A stretch of DNA of 50,927 nt from Gemmatimonadaceae bacterium (GCA_024654005.1 JANLGX010000142.1:1-50927), one strand, 5' to 3'. Shown: positions 1 to 9,869, counted from the stretch's first letter. Notes: generated by a model from the letters alone, not told the origin. A program made the numbers and translations.

Positions 1-1464
1 GGGACCGGCAGGTCGGTCGTCAGCACCGTCAACGCCGGAATGATCACGGTGGCGCCGCTCAGCTCCGGGTTCCGGCTCCGCACTGCGTTCGGCGGCAACT
101 TCACCCGGACCAGGACCAGCGACCTCCTGGCGTCGGGTACCGATCTCGTTCCCGGGGCGATAGGTCTCGGCGGAGCGCGCGAGATCCGGACTACCGAACA
201 GCGCGGCGGAGTGACGACGTTCGGCTGGTACGTAGAGCCCACGCTCGAGCACCGGCGGTTCTACCTCTCGACCGGGCTGCGCCTCGACGGCGCCGATACC
301 TACGGCTCCCAGCAGTCGGTGGCAGGCTTTCCGAAGGTGTCGCTCTCATACCTGCTCTCGGACGAGCCGTTCTTCCCCTTGAAGCAGCTCTTCAGCCTAC
401 TCCGCCTTCGTGCAGCGTATGGGCAGGCAGGCGTGCAGCCCGGCCCGGCCGACCGGCTCCGGCTCTACGCATCTGACACGCGGTGGCTGGATGGCGGGAC
501 TGTCGATGCCCGGCGACTCTCGACGGTCGGCAACGACCACCTCAAGCCGGAGCGCTCCGAGGAGTTCGAGGGCGGTCTCGACGCCGACCTCTTCGGTCGC
601 GCCCTCACGATAGAAATCACGGCGTACCGGAAGACGCGGGTTGACGCGCTCATTCCGTTCACGCTGCCGCCCTCGGTCAACGCCGGCGGAACGGTTCTGG
701 TGAACGTCGGGAAGGTGCGCAACAGCGGCTTCGAGATCGGGCTTGGTACGAATCTGCTGCGGAGCGACCTGGTCACGATCGGCACGCAAATGCACGTCAG
801 CCGGAACCGCAACCTCGTGCTCAGCCTGGGCGACGTCGGCCCGATCAACAACCCGAACGGCACACGGGTCGTCGAGGGCTACCCGCTCTTCGGGCGCTGG
901 GCGCGGCCGATTCTGCACTACGCGGACGCCGACGGCGACGGCATCATCACCCACGAGGAAGTTCAGCTCGGTGATGAGGAAGTCTACCTCGGGCCGATCG
1001 AGCCGAACTACGAGGCGGCGCTGCACACGAATTTTTCGTTCTTCCGCGGGCGGATCACCGCTACCGCCGGCTTCTCGTACAGCGATGGCCAGCTTCAGGT
1101 CAATGAGATCGCTCGGCAGAATCGCGTCATCGCGCGAGGCGCCAACGACCCCAACGCGCCGCTCGGCGAGCAGGCCGCGATCGCCGTGATGGACCGGACG
1201 TCGTACGGTCTGGCGCAGGAGATCTCGACGTTCCGGTTCAACTCGCTCGCGGTTGCTGTCAGCGCGCCGCCGGCATTCGCGCGCCGGTGGTTCGGCACCC
1301 GCACGGCGAGCTTCACGCTCCAGGGGACCAATCTCGGGCTGTCGAGCAACTATCGCGGGAAGGATCCAGCCGTCAATGCCTATTCGACGGGAAATGCCGT
1401 CGTCGATACTGGCCAGTTGCCTCTGCCGCGCACCTTGGCGGTCGGCATCCGGCTGGACTACTGA
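1..1464 (+). CDS. TonB-dependent outer-membrane receptor, SusC/RagA-like, C-terminal part (5' end lies outside the window)
   Basis: Frame 1 is open from nt 1, so ORF 40..1464 only marks the first Met. The sequence is beta-barrel-like and ends ...VGIRLDY with an aromatic C-terminus. A SusD-like lipoprotein gene follows 24 nt later. Confidence 0.75.
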   Translation, partial: GTGRSVVSTVNAGMITVAPLSSGFRLRTAFGGNFTRTRTSDLLASGTDLVPGAIGLGGAREIRTTEQRGGVTTFGWYVEPTLEHRRFYLSTGLRLDGADTYGSQQSVAGFPKVSLSYLLSDEPFFPLKQLFSLLRLRAAYGQAGVQPGPADRLRLYASDTRWLDGGTVDARRLSTVGNDHLKPERSEEFEGGLDADLFGRALTIEITAYRKTRVDALIPFTLPPSVNAGGTVLVNVGKVRNSGFEIGLGTNLLRSDLVTIGTQMHVSRNRNLVLSLGDVGPINNPNGTRVVEGYPLFGRWARPILHYADADGDGIITHEEVQLGDEEVYLGPIEPNYEAALHTNFSFFRGRITATAGFSYSDGQLQVNEIARQNRVIARGANDPNAPLGEQAAIAVMDRTSYGLAQEISTFRFNSLAVAVSAPPAFARRWFGTRTASFTLQGTNLGLSSNYRGKDPAVNAYSTGNAVVDTGQLPLPRTLAVGIRLDY

Positions 1465-1488
1465 CCACCGCCTCGCGGAGATCATCGC

Positions 1489-2925
1489 ATGCACCAATCG
1501 ACTTCATTCACGTATGCTCCCCCGTCGGCTCTACTCGCGCTTGTAGTCGGCGTAGCGCTGCTCGCCGGCGTGCTCGGCGGCTGTTCGCCCGACAAGTTGG
1601 TCGGCTCGGGACAGCTTCCCCCTGACGTTTCCGATCCCGATGCGACGCAGACCGAGCAAGGCGCGCTCGCGGCGTATAACGGCGCACTCGTCACGTTCCG
1701 GAGCGGGGTGGCGGGACCGCTGTCCTCTTATATCCCGTTGTCCGGCCTGATCGGCGACGAGCTGCAGACGCTTGGTCCGTCGATCGGCGGATGGGACAGT
1801 GATCTTGAGGAAACGGACCGCCGGGTGCTACCGGCGTTTTCGGACCCGACGGCAGAGCAGCGGAATTCGCGTGCTAGCTGGCTGTACGGGGATCTCTACA
1901 AAAGCTTACACAGTGCGCGGGCCACAGCTCGCGAAGCCGTGCGGCTCTTGCGCCGGTTCGCTCCCTCGCAGCCGCCGGCCCTTGCCGGCCACCTCTACGC
2001 CGTAGAGGGCTACGCGGACGTGTACCTGGGCGATCTGTTCTGCTCGGGCGTACCGCTGAGCACTGTCGACGACGGCGGCTTCACGCTCCGGCCAGGCTCG
2101 ACCACCGCGGAGGCGTATGAGCAGGCGGTGGCGCTGTTCGACAGCGCGCTGGCCGCGGCCACGGGCAGCGCTCCGGTGCTGAATCTTGCGCGCGTAGGCA
2201 AGGGTCGCGCCCTGCTCGCGCTCGCCCGCTACAGCGAGGCCGCCCAGGCCGTGGCCGCCGTGCCGGATGGGTTCGAGCATCAGCTCCGGTTCACCGTCCG
2301 CGTCGGCGCCGACAATCAGACGGTACTCGACGCCAGCTTCATACGACTCTTCGTGGGGGCGGAGAATCCATTTCCATTCACGATCTCTCCCACGATGAGC
2401 GACGGCGAGGGAGGGACCGGCCTGGATTATCGCTCGAGCGGCGATCCACGGACCGCCAGCGCGAACTACGCGTGGGGACCGTTCGGCACTCCGCAGTTCC
2501 TGCCCGCCAAGTACAGCCGCAGGGGTGACAGCCCCATCACGCTGGCTGACTGGCGGGAAGCGCGGCTGATCGAGGCCGAGGCGGCGCTGCAAGGGGGTGA
2601 CCTGACGACCTGGCTGAACAAGCTCAACCATCTCCGCCAGAGCGGCATCGCCCCGGCGCTGCCCGATCTCGCCGACCCCGGGTCCACGGATGCGCGGGTG
2701 GATTTGCTCTTCCGTGAGCGCGCCTTCTGGCTCTTTCTGACCGGCCATCGCCAAGGGGACATGCGGCGGCTGATCCGGCAGTACCAGCGCGACCCAAGCG
2801 CGGTTTACCCGGTCGGCACGCATCCACGCGGAGCGGCCTACGGTGCCGACGTCAGCGCACCGGTGCCGGCCGCCGAGCGCCAGTTCAACCGCCACTTCAC
2901 CGGCTGTATTCACCGCGATGCTTGA
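1489..2925 (+). CDS. SusD/RagB-family nutrient-binding outer-membrane lipoprotein
   Basis: Has a signal peptide with a lipobox (LLAGVLGGCSPD). The C-terminal region REARLIEAEAAL...LFRERAFWLFLTGHRQGDMRRL resembles the SusD signature. It sits directly after the SusC-like gene. Confidence 0.7.
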   Translation: MHQSTSFTYAPPSALLALVVGVALLAGVLGGCSPDKLVGSGQLPPDVSDPDATQTEQGALAAYNGALVTFRSGVAGPLSSYIPLSGLIGDELQTLGPSIGGWDSDLEETDRRVLPAFSDPTAEQRNSRASWLYGDLYKSLHSARATAREAVRLLRRFAPSQPPALAGHLYAVEGYADVYLGDLFCSGVPLSTVDDGGFTLRPGSTTAEAYEQAVALFDSALAAATGSAPVLNLARVGKGRALLALARYSEAAQAVAAVPDGFEHQLRFTVRVGADNQTVLDASFIRLFVGAENPFPFTISPTMSDGEGGTGLDYRSSGDPRTASANYAWGPFGTPQFLPAKYSRRGDSPITLADWREARLIEAEAALQGGDLTTWLNKLNHLRQSGIAPALPDLADPGSTDARVDLLFRERAFWLFLTGHRQGDMRRLIRQYQRDPSAVYPVGTHPRGAAYGADVSAPVPAAERQFNRHFTGCIHRDA

Positions 2926-2962
2926 CCGCGGCAGGCCGCCCCACCTCGACGCCCAAGTGCCT

Positions 2963-4048
2963 ATGCAACCCGCCTTCCGCTTTTGCTCCTGGCTCGGTCC
3001 GATTATCGTTGGTGCCGCGCTCATCGCCGGCTGTGGAAGCGATGTCATCGGGCCGCCAGTGAACCCCGATCCCGTGGGCGCCTACTGGGCCCTCGAGCTC
3101 AATCATCGGGCGGCCACGATCTCCACCGTAGCGCCCAACCAGACAATCCAGCTCACGGCGACTCCGCGCTCCGTGGCGGGCGATCCGATCGCCGGGCTCG
3201 GCGCGGTGACGTTCACATCAGGGAATCCGGACGTCGTGCACGTGGACGCCGACGGATTGGTGACGGCGAAGGGACCCACGTTCGGCGTTCTCGTGATCGC
3301 CCAGCTCACCGCCACCGGCATCACCCACGCCGATACGGCGATGGTCCAGGTTACGGCCGATCCGCCGCGGACCCTCGCGACGTTCTCCATCCAGCCCGTG
3401 GCCCCTGACAGTGCCAAGTTCGCGCTCGGTGGCACGTTCACCCAGTCGTTTCGGGCATTGGGGGCAGTGGCGCGGGATACTGACGGGAATCAAATCTTCG
3501 GGCTGCCGGTGCACTTCGCGTCGCTCGACCGCACCACCGCGACCATCGATCCTCGGTCCGGGAGCATCGCTGGCATAAGACCGGGGTCGGTTCGGCTCGT
3601 CGCTACCACGACCGCGTATGGAATTACGCGGGCGGATACGGTGTCGTTCAGGATTGGCCTGCCGCTAATAGTGGACGTGCTCATCCGTGACTCGGTACTG
3701 CTCGCGACCACGCCGTCGCCGAATCTCTTCACGCCGGGCACGGTCACGATCGGCACCGGCGGCGTGGTCCGGTGGACAAACGCCACCACGGATTCGACCG
3801 ACGTCACCTTTGATAATCCCGCGAACGTGACAGCAGTCCCGGAGTGGGAGAACTGCCTCTTCTTCGGCGCGCCGTGCGACGCCGGCAACATCGCGCCGTT
3901 TGCTTGGGGGGGCAACTTCGACGACTTCTCCGATCTGGTGATGAACCTGCAGCGTGTCCGGCGCTTCGCGGCACCCGGCGTTTACCGCTACCGGAGCACC
4001 CGTTTTGGCATGGCCGGAACGATCGTGGTGGTGGACGAGAGCCAGTAA
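2963..4048 (+). CDS. Lipoprotein with two Ig-like (Big_2-type) repeats and a C-terminal cupredoxin-like domain
   Basis: The internal ATG at 2963 gives MQPAFRFCSWLGPIIVGAALIAGCGSD, a lipoprotein signal. Big_2-like segments are present (IQLTATPRS...VTFTSGNPDVVHVDADGLVTA and a second copy). The C-terminus GTVTIGTGGVVRWTN...YRYRSTRFGMAGTIVVV looks plastocyanin-like. The 2843 start would overlap susD. Confidence 0.6.
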   Translation: MQPAFRFCSWLGPIIVGAALIAGCGSDVIGPPVNPDPVGAYWALELNHRAATISTVAPNQTIQLTATPRSVAGDPIAGLGAVTFTSGNPDVVHVDADGLVTAKGPTFGVLVIAQLTATGITHADTAMVQVTADPPRTLATFSIQPVAPDSAKFALGGTFTQSFRALGAVARDTDGNQIFGLPVHFASLDRTTATIDPRSGSIAGIRPGSVRLVATTTAYGITRADTVSFRIGLPLIVDVLIRDSVLLATTPSPNLFTPGTVTIGTGGVVRWTNATTDSTDVTFDNPANVTAVPEWENCLFFGAPCDAGNIAPFAWGGNFDDFSDLVMNLQRVRRFAAPGVYRYRSTRFGMAGTIVVVDESQ

Positions 4049-5731
4049 GTGTGGAGCCGCCGCAACTTTCTCAGGGCTGGAGCCGCCGTTACGGCCGGCG
4101 TGCTGCTGCCGGCACCGGTTCGCGGATCCGCGCTGTTCAGCACCACTGCACGGCGCCTCGACGATTCCGAGATCAAGGAGCTCGCGCTCCGCGGAATTGA
4201 CGCCGCGCGTGCGGCGGGCGCGAGCTATGCAGATGCCAGGCTGACCCGGATCCGGCGACGTATCGCGCGTAGCCTTGGCCTCTGGGGGCCTGGCCTAACA
4301 GGCACGGCCGTGACGCAACGTGTGATAACCGAGCACGAGGCTGTGGCTATCGGCGTGCGGGCGCTGCGGGACGGCTCCTGGGGCTTTGCGGCGAGCACGG
4401 TTTGGTCCGGAGACGAAGCGGTGCGCCTGGGCCGTGAAGCGGTCGCGCAGGCAACCACCAACACGACAGGAACGCCGCGCGTCGTGGAGCTTGCGACGGT
4501 GCCGATCATCCGGGACGGCCATTGGACGATGCCGGTCGAGATTGACCCGTTTACCGTGCCCCAGGACGAAATCCTCGACGTGCTCGCGAGCTTCGCTTTC
4601 TTCTCTCTGAAGCAGTCGCGAGTGGTCCTTTCGGGCCCGCACCTGGCGATGGCGAAGCGGGAAACGGCGTTCGCATCGAGCGAAGGCAGCTATGCCACGC
4701 AAGTTCTCTTTGGTACTGGGGGGAGCTTCACGACGGGCTTACCGGCGTACGAGTCGACGCCGTTTCCCGACCGTACCTACAATATCCGTGGTTTCGCGCC
4801 CTTGGAGACGTTCCCCCTGGCTGGCCGCGGATGGGAGTACTTCGCCAAAGCGCCACTGCAGGAGGAGATCGAGCGGGTGATTGCCGAGGCCGACGAGGAG
4901 GATCGCCTGCCGCTCAAGCCGCTGGAGGTGGGGAGGTACGATACCGTCTTCGATGCCGTCACGACGGGACGTCTGCTCGATGGCACCATCGGCGTCGCGA
5001 CCGAGCTCGACCGCGCCCTGGGGTACGAGGCCAATGCGGGCGGCACCAGCTATCTCGACAGTCCGCTCGCCATGCTGGGGAATCACCAGGTTGGTTCCCC
5101 GCTACTGACTGTGACGGCTGACCGCTCGATGCCTGGCGGAGCCGCCACGGTGAAGTGGGACGAGGAGGGAGTGGAACCGGAGGACTTCATATTGGTCAAG
5201 GACGGCGTGTTGGTGGACTTCCAGACCACGCGGGAATCGGCCGGATGGCTCGCCGAGGCCTATGCCAGAGCGGGCCGCACGCCTCGCTCGCACGGCTGTG
5301 CCGGGGCGACGTCGGCGCTCGGTGCGCAGCAGCTGCAGCGGCCCAACCTGCGGCTGGCTTCCGGGACCGAGCGGGTCGGATTCGAGGCTCTCGCGGCTGA
5401 CGTCAAGGATGGCATTGCCGTCCGCCGTGCGGCGGTGGACATGGATTTCAACGCTCTCAACGGGATGGTGGTCCAGCAAGAGGGATTCCGGACGATGTTC
5501 TTCGAAATCAAGCGGGGGAAGAAGGTCGCCCGGCTGCAGCCAAATGCAGTAGCCGTCCTGGTTCGCGCCCCCGAGCTCTGGAAGAGCGTCGCCGCGCTCG
5601 GCGGCCAAGACAGCCTTCAGCGGGCGGAAGGGAGGAGCGTCAAAGGCGAACCGCCCCAGACCAGCTATCACACGGTCGAGGCACCGCCGATGCTGGTGCA
5701 GCAGCTTGCCGTCATCGATCCGGCGAGATAG
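4049..5731 (+). CDS. TldD/PmbA-family protein with a twin-arginine (Tat) signal peptide
   Basis: GTG start immediately after the upstream TAA. The N-terminus MWSRRNFLRAGAAVTAGVLLPAP matches the SRRxFLK Tat consensus. Overall layout is TldD/PmbA-like (..GVRALRDGSWGFAAS.., ..GGTSYL..). Confidence 0.75.
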   Translation: MWSRRNFLRAGAAVTAGVLLPAPVRGSALFSTTARRLDDSEIKELALRGIDAARAAGASYADARLTRIRRRIARSLGLWGPGLTGTAVTQRVITEHEAVAIGVRALRDGSWGFAASTVWSGDEAVRLGREAVAQATTNTTGTPRVVELATVPIIRDGHWTMPVEIDPFTVPQDEILDVLASFAFFSLKQSRVVLSGPHLAMAKRETAFASSEGSYATQVLFGTGGSFTTGLPAYESTPFPDRTYNIRGFAPLETFPLAGRGWEYFAKAPLQEEIERVIAEADEEDRLPLKPLEVGRYDTVFDAVTTGRLLDGTIGVATELDRALGYEANAGGTSYLDSPLAMLGNHQVGSPLLTVTADRSMPGGAATVKWDEEGVEPEDFILVKDGVLVDFQTTRESAGWLAEAYARAGRTPRSHGCAGATSALGAQQLQRPNLRLASGTERVGFEALAADVKDGIAVRRAAVDMDFNALNGMVVQQEGFRTMFFEIKRGKKVARLQPNAVAVLVRAPELWKSVAALGGQDSLQRAEGRSVKGEPPQTSYHTVEAPPMLVQQLAVIDPAR

Positions 5732-5747
5732 CGAGGTGGCAAACGAC

Positions 5748-7139
5748 ATGATCCTGTCGCGGGAGGCCTGCCAGGCGCTCGCGGATCGGGTAAGGCGCAT
5801 GGCCCGCGGTCCGGGCACGACGCGCGTCGCGATCAGCAGCGTGTGGCTGGGTGACGTGCGGTGGGGGCGGAACCGTACGATGATGGCGGGGGACGCTCGC
5901 GACGTGATCGTGCGGATCATGCGCAGACACCGAGCCGCGGCCGGGAGGGCAGAGACTTCACGGCTTGATGACGCGGGCCTCGAAGCAGCGGTGCGGTGGG
6001 CCGAGGAGGCGATGCGCGCGAAGTCGACGGTACACCTGTGGGATCTTCCGCCTGGCACCCGCACGTTCGCCAAGCCGACGATTTGGAGCGGGGCGACCAT
6101 CGGGCTGACCTCTGCCGCGCGGGGCGACCTCGTACGCTCTCTGATCCAGCCGGCGGAAGCCGCCGGACTTTTCTCGGCCGGGTATCTCGCCGTGGGGGCG
6201 TTCACCGAGGCCTTCTTCGATCCCGACGGGCAGCAAGGGTACTGCGCCCGCACGACCGCTCAGTGCTCGATCTCCGTGCGGGATCCGAGCGGGCGCGGCT
6301 CGGGGTGGGCAGGGGGCTCCGCGCACGACTGGGCCGCGCTCGATCCTGTGGCGCTCGCGCGCCGGGCGCAGGAGAAGTGCCGCGCATCGCGTGAACCTGT
6401 GGCCGTCGAGCCCGGACGGTATACCGTGGTTCTCGAGCCCCAGGCCGTGGGGGACCTGATGGACCTCGTTACGAACTATCTCGGTCGCCCCCCAGCCGAG
6501 CGGGGTGACGGCCCATTTGCCGACAGACAGCGACCCGGTTTCTCCAAGTTGGGACTGAAGGTCGCGGATGAGCGCGTCAGCTTTGGCCACGACCCGGAGG
6601 ACCCGGAGCTCGGGGTGTGTCCGTTCAACGCTGCCGGTGAGCCATACCGCGCCGTCCGTTGGGTCGAGCGCGGAGTGTTGACCGCCTTGACGTACGACCG
6701 CGCGTATGCGGTTGAGGAGTTCAACGAGAACATTCCGCTGCCGAACAGCCGGGCGCTGCGAATGCAGGGTGGTGAGACCACTATCGAGGAGATGATCCGC
6801 ACTACGCGGCGCGGCCTTCTCGTGACCCGCTTCTCCGGCCTGCGGGTGACCGACCACAACGCCCTGCTTGCCAGCGGTGTCACCCGCGATGGATTGTGGC
6901 TCATTGAGAACGGCAAAATATCCAAGGCGGTGAAGAACTTCGGCTTCAGCGAGTCGCCGCTCTTCGTTCTGAACAGCCTTGAACAGCTCGGCCCGCCGGT
7001 GCCCGTCTTCCGGCTGGACCAGGCGGAGGAGCAGTTCGGGCAGCACGACCGGCCGGCATTTCGCGCCCATGTGCCGATGATCGTGCCGCCACTCAAGGCG
7101 CGCGACTTCAACTTCAATCGTCTGGTGGACGCAGTTTAA
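5748..7139 (+). CDS. TldD/PmbA-family protein with no signal peptide; partner of the preceding gene
   Basis: ATG at 5748 is preceded by GAGGTGG. It is TldD/PmbA-like (EPGRYTVVLEPQAVGDLM.., ..RGLLVTRFSGLRV.., ..NGKISKAVKNFGFSESP). It overlaps the upstream gene's 3' region only if the 5706 start is used. Confidence 0.75.
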   Translation: MILSREACQALADRVRRMARGPGTTRVAISSVWLGDVRWGRNRTMMAGDARDVIVRIMRRHRAAAGRAETSRLDDAGLEAAVRWAEEAMRAKSTVHLWDLPPGTRTFAKPTIWSGATIGLTSAARGDLVRSLIQPAEAAGLFSAGYLAVGAFTEAFFDPDGQQGYCARTTAQCSISVRDPSGRGSGWAGGSAHDWAALDPVALARRAQEKCRASREPVAVEPGRYTVVLEPQAVGDLMDLVTNYLGRPPAERGDGPFADRQRPGFSKLGLKVADERVSFGHDPEDPELGVCPFNAAGEPYRAVRWVERGVLTALTYDRAYAVEEFNENIPLPNSRALRMQGGETTIEEMIRTTRRGLLVTRFSGLRVTDHNALLASGVTRDGLWLIENGKISKAVKNFGFSESPLFVLNSLEQLGPPVPVFRLDQAEEQFGQHDRPAFRAHVPMIVPPLKARDFNFNRLVDAV

Positions 7140-8458
7140 TGAAGGTGCGTACGGCGGCAGCAGCCTTAATCCTCGCGACGGCAGCGGCGCGAGCGGGCGC
7201 ACAGGAGCCGGCGTCGGCTACCCAGAGTATCCCACCGTATTTGCGGTATCCGACGCCCGCGGCGTGCGTTGCCGCCGTCGAGCGCGTCGACAAGGCCGTT
7301 ACGTGGGGCGAGGAGTTGGACTCGCTGGCGTACGATCCAGCGCGGGCATTGCCACCTGCCGCCGCCGAGATCGCGCGGCGCTGCATCGGGCAGTTTATGC
7401 CGGCGAGTGGCGGCGACTCGATTTCGGCGAAGCAGGTGGAGGCAATGTTTGTGCTCGCGCTGAGCGCCGGGAACGATTCTCTGGCAACCAAGATGCTGCA
7501 TCGCACAATGACGGCGCAGCGATCGGCGCGGGACAGCATCGAGATACTGGTTCCTGTCCTCACCGCCTACCTGCGCGGCCGCCCGGTACGACTTTCGTCT
7601 GCGCGAGCCACCGCGGCGTTGCTCGACAGCCTGGGGTACGTTCATCCCGAGCCGCCGGGGCGGTGGAGCAACCATCACGGCGACGTGCTCACCGTGGCGC
7701 AGGCGATGCTCGACAGTACGGCCATGGCCGGCGAAGCCCAGGCGCTGTTAGCTGCGGTGCGAGCGCTACCCAAGCGGGAGCGCACGCTGCCGAGCGTCCA
7801 AAGACTGGTCATGTCGGCCCTCTCGGGCGATGTACTGTGGACGCTGCACGGGCACGGGGCGGACTCCGCCTTTGCACTCCTGAAAAACCAGGTGACGGCC
7901 CTGCTCGGTCCGGAGGCATTCGCCGCGTCCTGGTTCAGGAGCGGGCTGGAACTACTGGGCAAGCCCGCACCGCCGCTCCAGCCCGACTTCTGGTTCAATC
8001 GCGAGCCGGGAGATTCCATCTTGCCCCGCGCGGGGCGCGTGACGCTGATCCAGTACGTCGACGCGGGTTGCCTCTTCTGCGACTACGCGGTGCTGCGGCG
8101 GCTGAAGGCACGCTTCGGAGACTCCCTCGAGCTGATCCTGCTGGCGCATACCCGGGGCCGGCTCGGTCCCCACATGCCGTTGGAGCCCGCGCGGGAAGCC
8201 GAGCTGATTCGCGATTTTTTTCGCGACACCCATCGCTTGAACGCAAAGCTGGCCGTCTGGACCACTCCGTTCATCAGCCGGCCCGACCCGGACCGGCGGC
8301 GGGTGCCTCAGGATATCCCGGCGTATGAGCTCTATCGCAGCCAAGGCGGCCTCTTGATCGACCGGCGAGGCATCGTGCTGCCGATATTGGCGTACCCGAG
8401 CAGCCCGGAGGGCGAGACGTTCCTTGTCAGCATGATCGAGGCTCTGCTGAAGCACTAG
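7139..8458 (+). CDS. Secreted hypothetical protein with a C-terminal thioredoxin-fold-like CxxC region
   Basis: The ATG overlaps the upstream stop (TAATG). It has a signal peptide (MKVRTAAAALILATAAARAGAQ) and a CxxC motif in LIQYVDAGCLFCDYAV. No stronger family assignment is possible by eye. Confidence 0.5.
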   Translation: MKVRTAAAALILATAAARAGAQEPASATQSIPPYLRYPTPAACVAAVERVDKAVTWGEELDSLAYDPARALPPAAAEIARRCIGQFMPASGGDSISAKQVEAMFVLALSAGNDSLATKMLHRTMTAQRSARDSIEILVPVLTAYLRGRPVRLSSARATAALLDSLGYVHPEPPGRWSNHHGDVLTVAQAMLDSTAMAGEAQALLAAVRALPKRERTLPSVQRLVMSALSGDVLWTLHGHGADSAFALLKNQVTALLGPEAFAASWFRSGLELLGKPAPPLQPDFWFNREPGDSILPRAGRVTLIQYVDAGCLFCDYAVLRRLKARFGDSLELILLAHTRGRLGPHMPLEPAREAELIRDFFRDTHRLNAKLAVWTTPFISRPDPDRRRVPQDIPAYELYRSQGGLLIDRRGIVLPILAYPSSPEGETFLVSMIEALLKH

Positions 8459-8491
8459 CGCGATCACTTTCCTCAACCTCCCGAGGCGACC

Positions 8492-8848
8492 ATGCGGATA
8501 TTTGCCCTCCTTGTTCTCGCTGCCCTGTATGGCTGCGCTACCAGCCAGTCGGTTGCTGGCTCCGCGGACCCGAACCGCGTGACTGCCGAGGAGATCGCGG
8601 CCTCGGGCGGCTCCACAGCGTACGACATCGTGGACCGGCTGCGGCCGACCTGGTTCCGCGACCAGCTCACTGGCCGGGAGGTGAGCGTGTATCTCGATAA
8701 CGAGCAGACGCCGTATAGCCGTGAGGCGCTCCGAGACATACCCGCTCAGGACGTGGCGGAGCTCCAGTATCTGGACGGCCAGACCGCCATCATGCGCTGG
8801 GGCCAGGCGGCAAGCGGTGGAGCGATCGTGGTGATCCGGCGTAGATAA
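8492..8848 (+). CDS. Small lipoprotein resembling a stand-alone TonB-receptor plug-like segment
   Basis: Lipobox LAALYGCATS. The C-terminal part VYLDNEQ...IPAQDVAELQYLDGQTAIMRWGQAASGGAIVVIRR resembles the plug-domain pattern (..I..IEVLKG..AA.YG..A..GVI.I.TK). Confidence 0.55.
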   Translation: MRIFALLVLAALYGCATSQSVAGSADPNRVTAEEIAASGGSTAYDIVDRLRPTWFRDQLTGREVSVYLDNEQTPYSREALRDIPAQDVAELQYLDGQTAIMRWGQAASGGAIVVIRRR

Positions 8849-8882
8849 TGACGGATTACCTTCGGCATGGGAGACGTAGCGT

Positions 8883-9734
8883 GTGAGGCGATGGCGACGA
8901 GCTGCGGTGAAGGTGCTCGCGATCCTCGCCGTTGTTTACGCCGCGGCCTATGCCGCGGTGCGCCTGGGCGAGCCGCGCCTGCTGTACTTCCCGGACCGGA
9001 CCCTTGGCGTGCCCCCGGCGGAGCTCGGGCTGGATATCGACCGGGTCGAGCTCTCGACCAGCGACGGCGTCACCCTGGTGGCGTGGGTTGCACGCGCCGA
9101 GCAGCCTCAGTCAGGTGAGCTCACGCCACGGTGGCTGATCATCTGCCACGGCAATGGGGGCAACATCGCCGCGCCCGGCCGGATGCGACAGTACGCGGCG
9201 CTCCGGAGGCTCGGGCTGAATGTGCTTGCGTTCGACTACCGCGGCTATGGCGAGAGTAGCGGGGCGCCGAGCGAGTCGGGGCTGTATGCCGACGCCGAAG
9301 CTGCTTACCGCTATCTGCGCGAACGGCTGGCGGTGCCGCCGGACCGCATTCTCCTCTTCGGCCATTCGCTCGGCTCGGCTGTTGCAATCGATCTTGCGGC
9401 CCGGGCTCCCATTGGCGGGCTGATTGTCGAGGGCGCGCTCACGTCGGTGGTGGATCGGGCGCAAGAGATCTACCCTTGGGCGCCCGTGCGCTGGCTCCCG
9501 TTCAGCCGGTTCGCGGGGCTCGAAAAGGTCGGCCGGGTCAGCGCACCGAAGCTCTTCCTGCACGCAACTGCAGATGCCATCATCCCGATCGCGCATGGCC
9601 GCCGGGTATATGAGGCCGCGATCGGCCCGAAGACGTTCGTCGAGCTACGTGGGGGACACAACGATGCCTTCGCGGTGGACTCGGCGCGATACTTTGGGAG
9701 TATCGCGGAGTTCCTGGCCCGTCTTCCACTCTGA
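8883..9734 (+). CDS. Alpha/beta-hydrolase (serine hydrolase) with an N-terminal membrane anchor
   Basis: Has a GHSLGS nucleophile elbow and the HGNGGN motif. The N-terminal hydrophobic helix is AVKVLAILAVVYAAAYAAV. Confidence 0.75.
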   Translation: MRRWRRAAVKVLAILAVVYAAAYAAVRLGEPRLLYFPDRTLGVPPAELGLDIDRVELSTSDGVTLVAWVARAEQPQSGELTPRWLIICHGNGGNIAAPGRMRQYAALRRLGLNVLAFDYRGYGESSGAPSESGLYADAEAAYRYLRERLAVPPDRILLFGHSLGSAVAIDLAARAPIGGLIVEGALTSVVDRAQEIYPWAPVRWLPFSRFAGLEKVGRVSAPKLFLHATADAIIPIAHGRRVYEAAIGPKTFVELRGGHNDAFAVDSARYFGSIAEFLARLPL

Positions 9735-9869
9735 GCAACAGGCGCCCGGCGCGGCGCCGCGGACTGCGTTCAGATTTGCGACATGCTGGCCAAGGTGACT
9801 GCCATCGCGAGCTTCGGTGGAATTCCCCGCTGCGCGTGGGGGTTTTGCCCGTCTCGTAGGTCTTTCTAA

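Noticed and set aside
2843-2962. Upstream extensions of several track ORFs. Examples: 2843 for the Ig-like lipoprotein, 5706, 9914, 11814, 15175, 21099, 22284, 22973, 25362, 26950, 28325, 28915, 29772, 31957, 44698, 47151, 48431.
   Set aside because: The extensions overlap the preceding gene or a terminator and lack signal or domain content. Internal starts restore canonical N-termini, RBS spacing or 4-nt stop/start overlaps.
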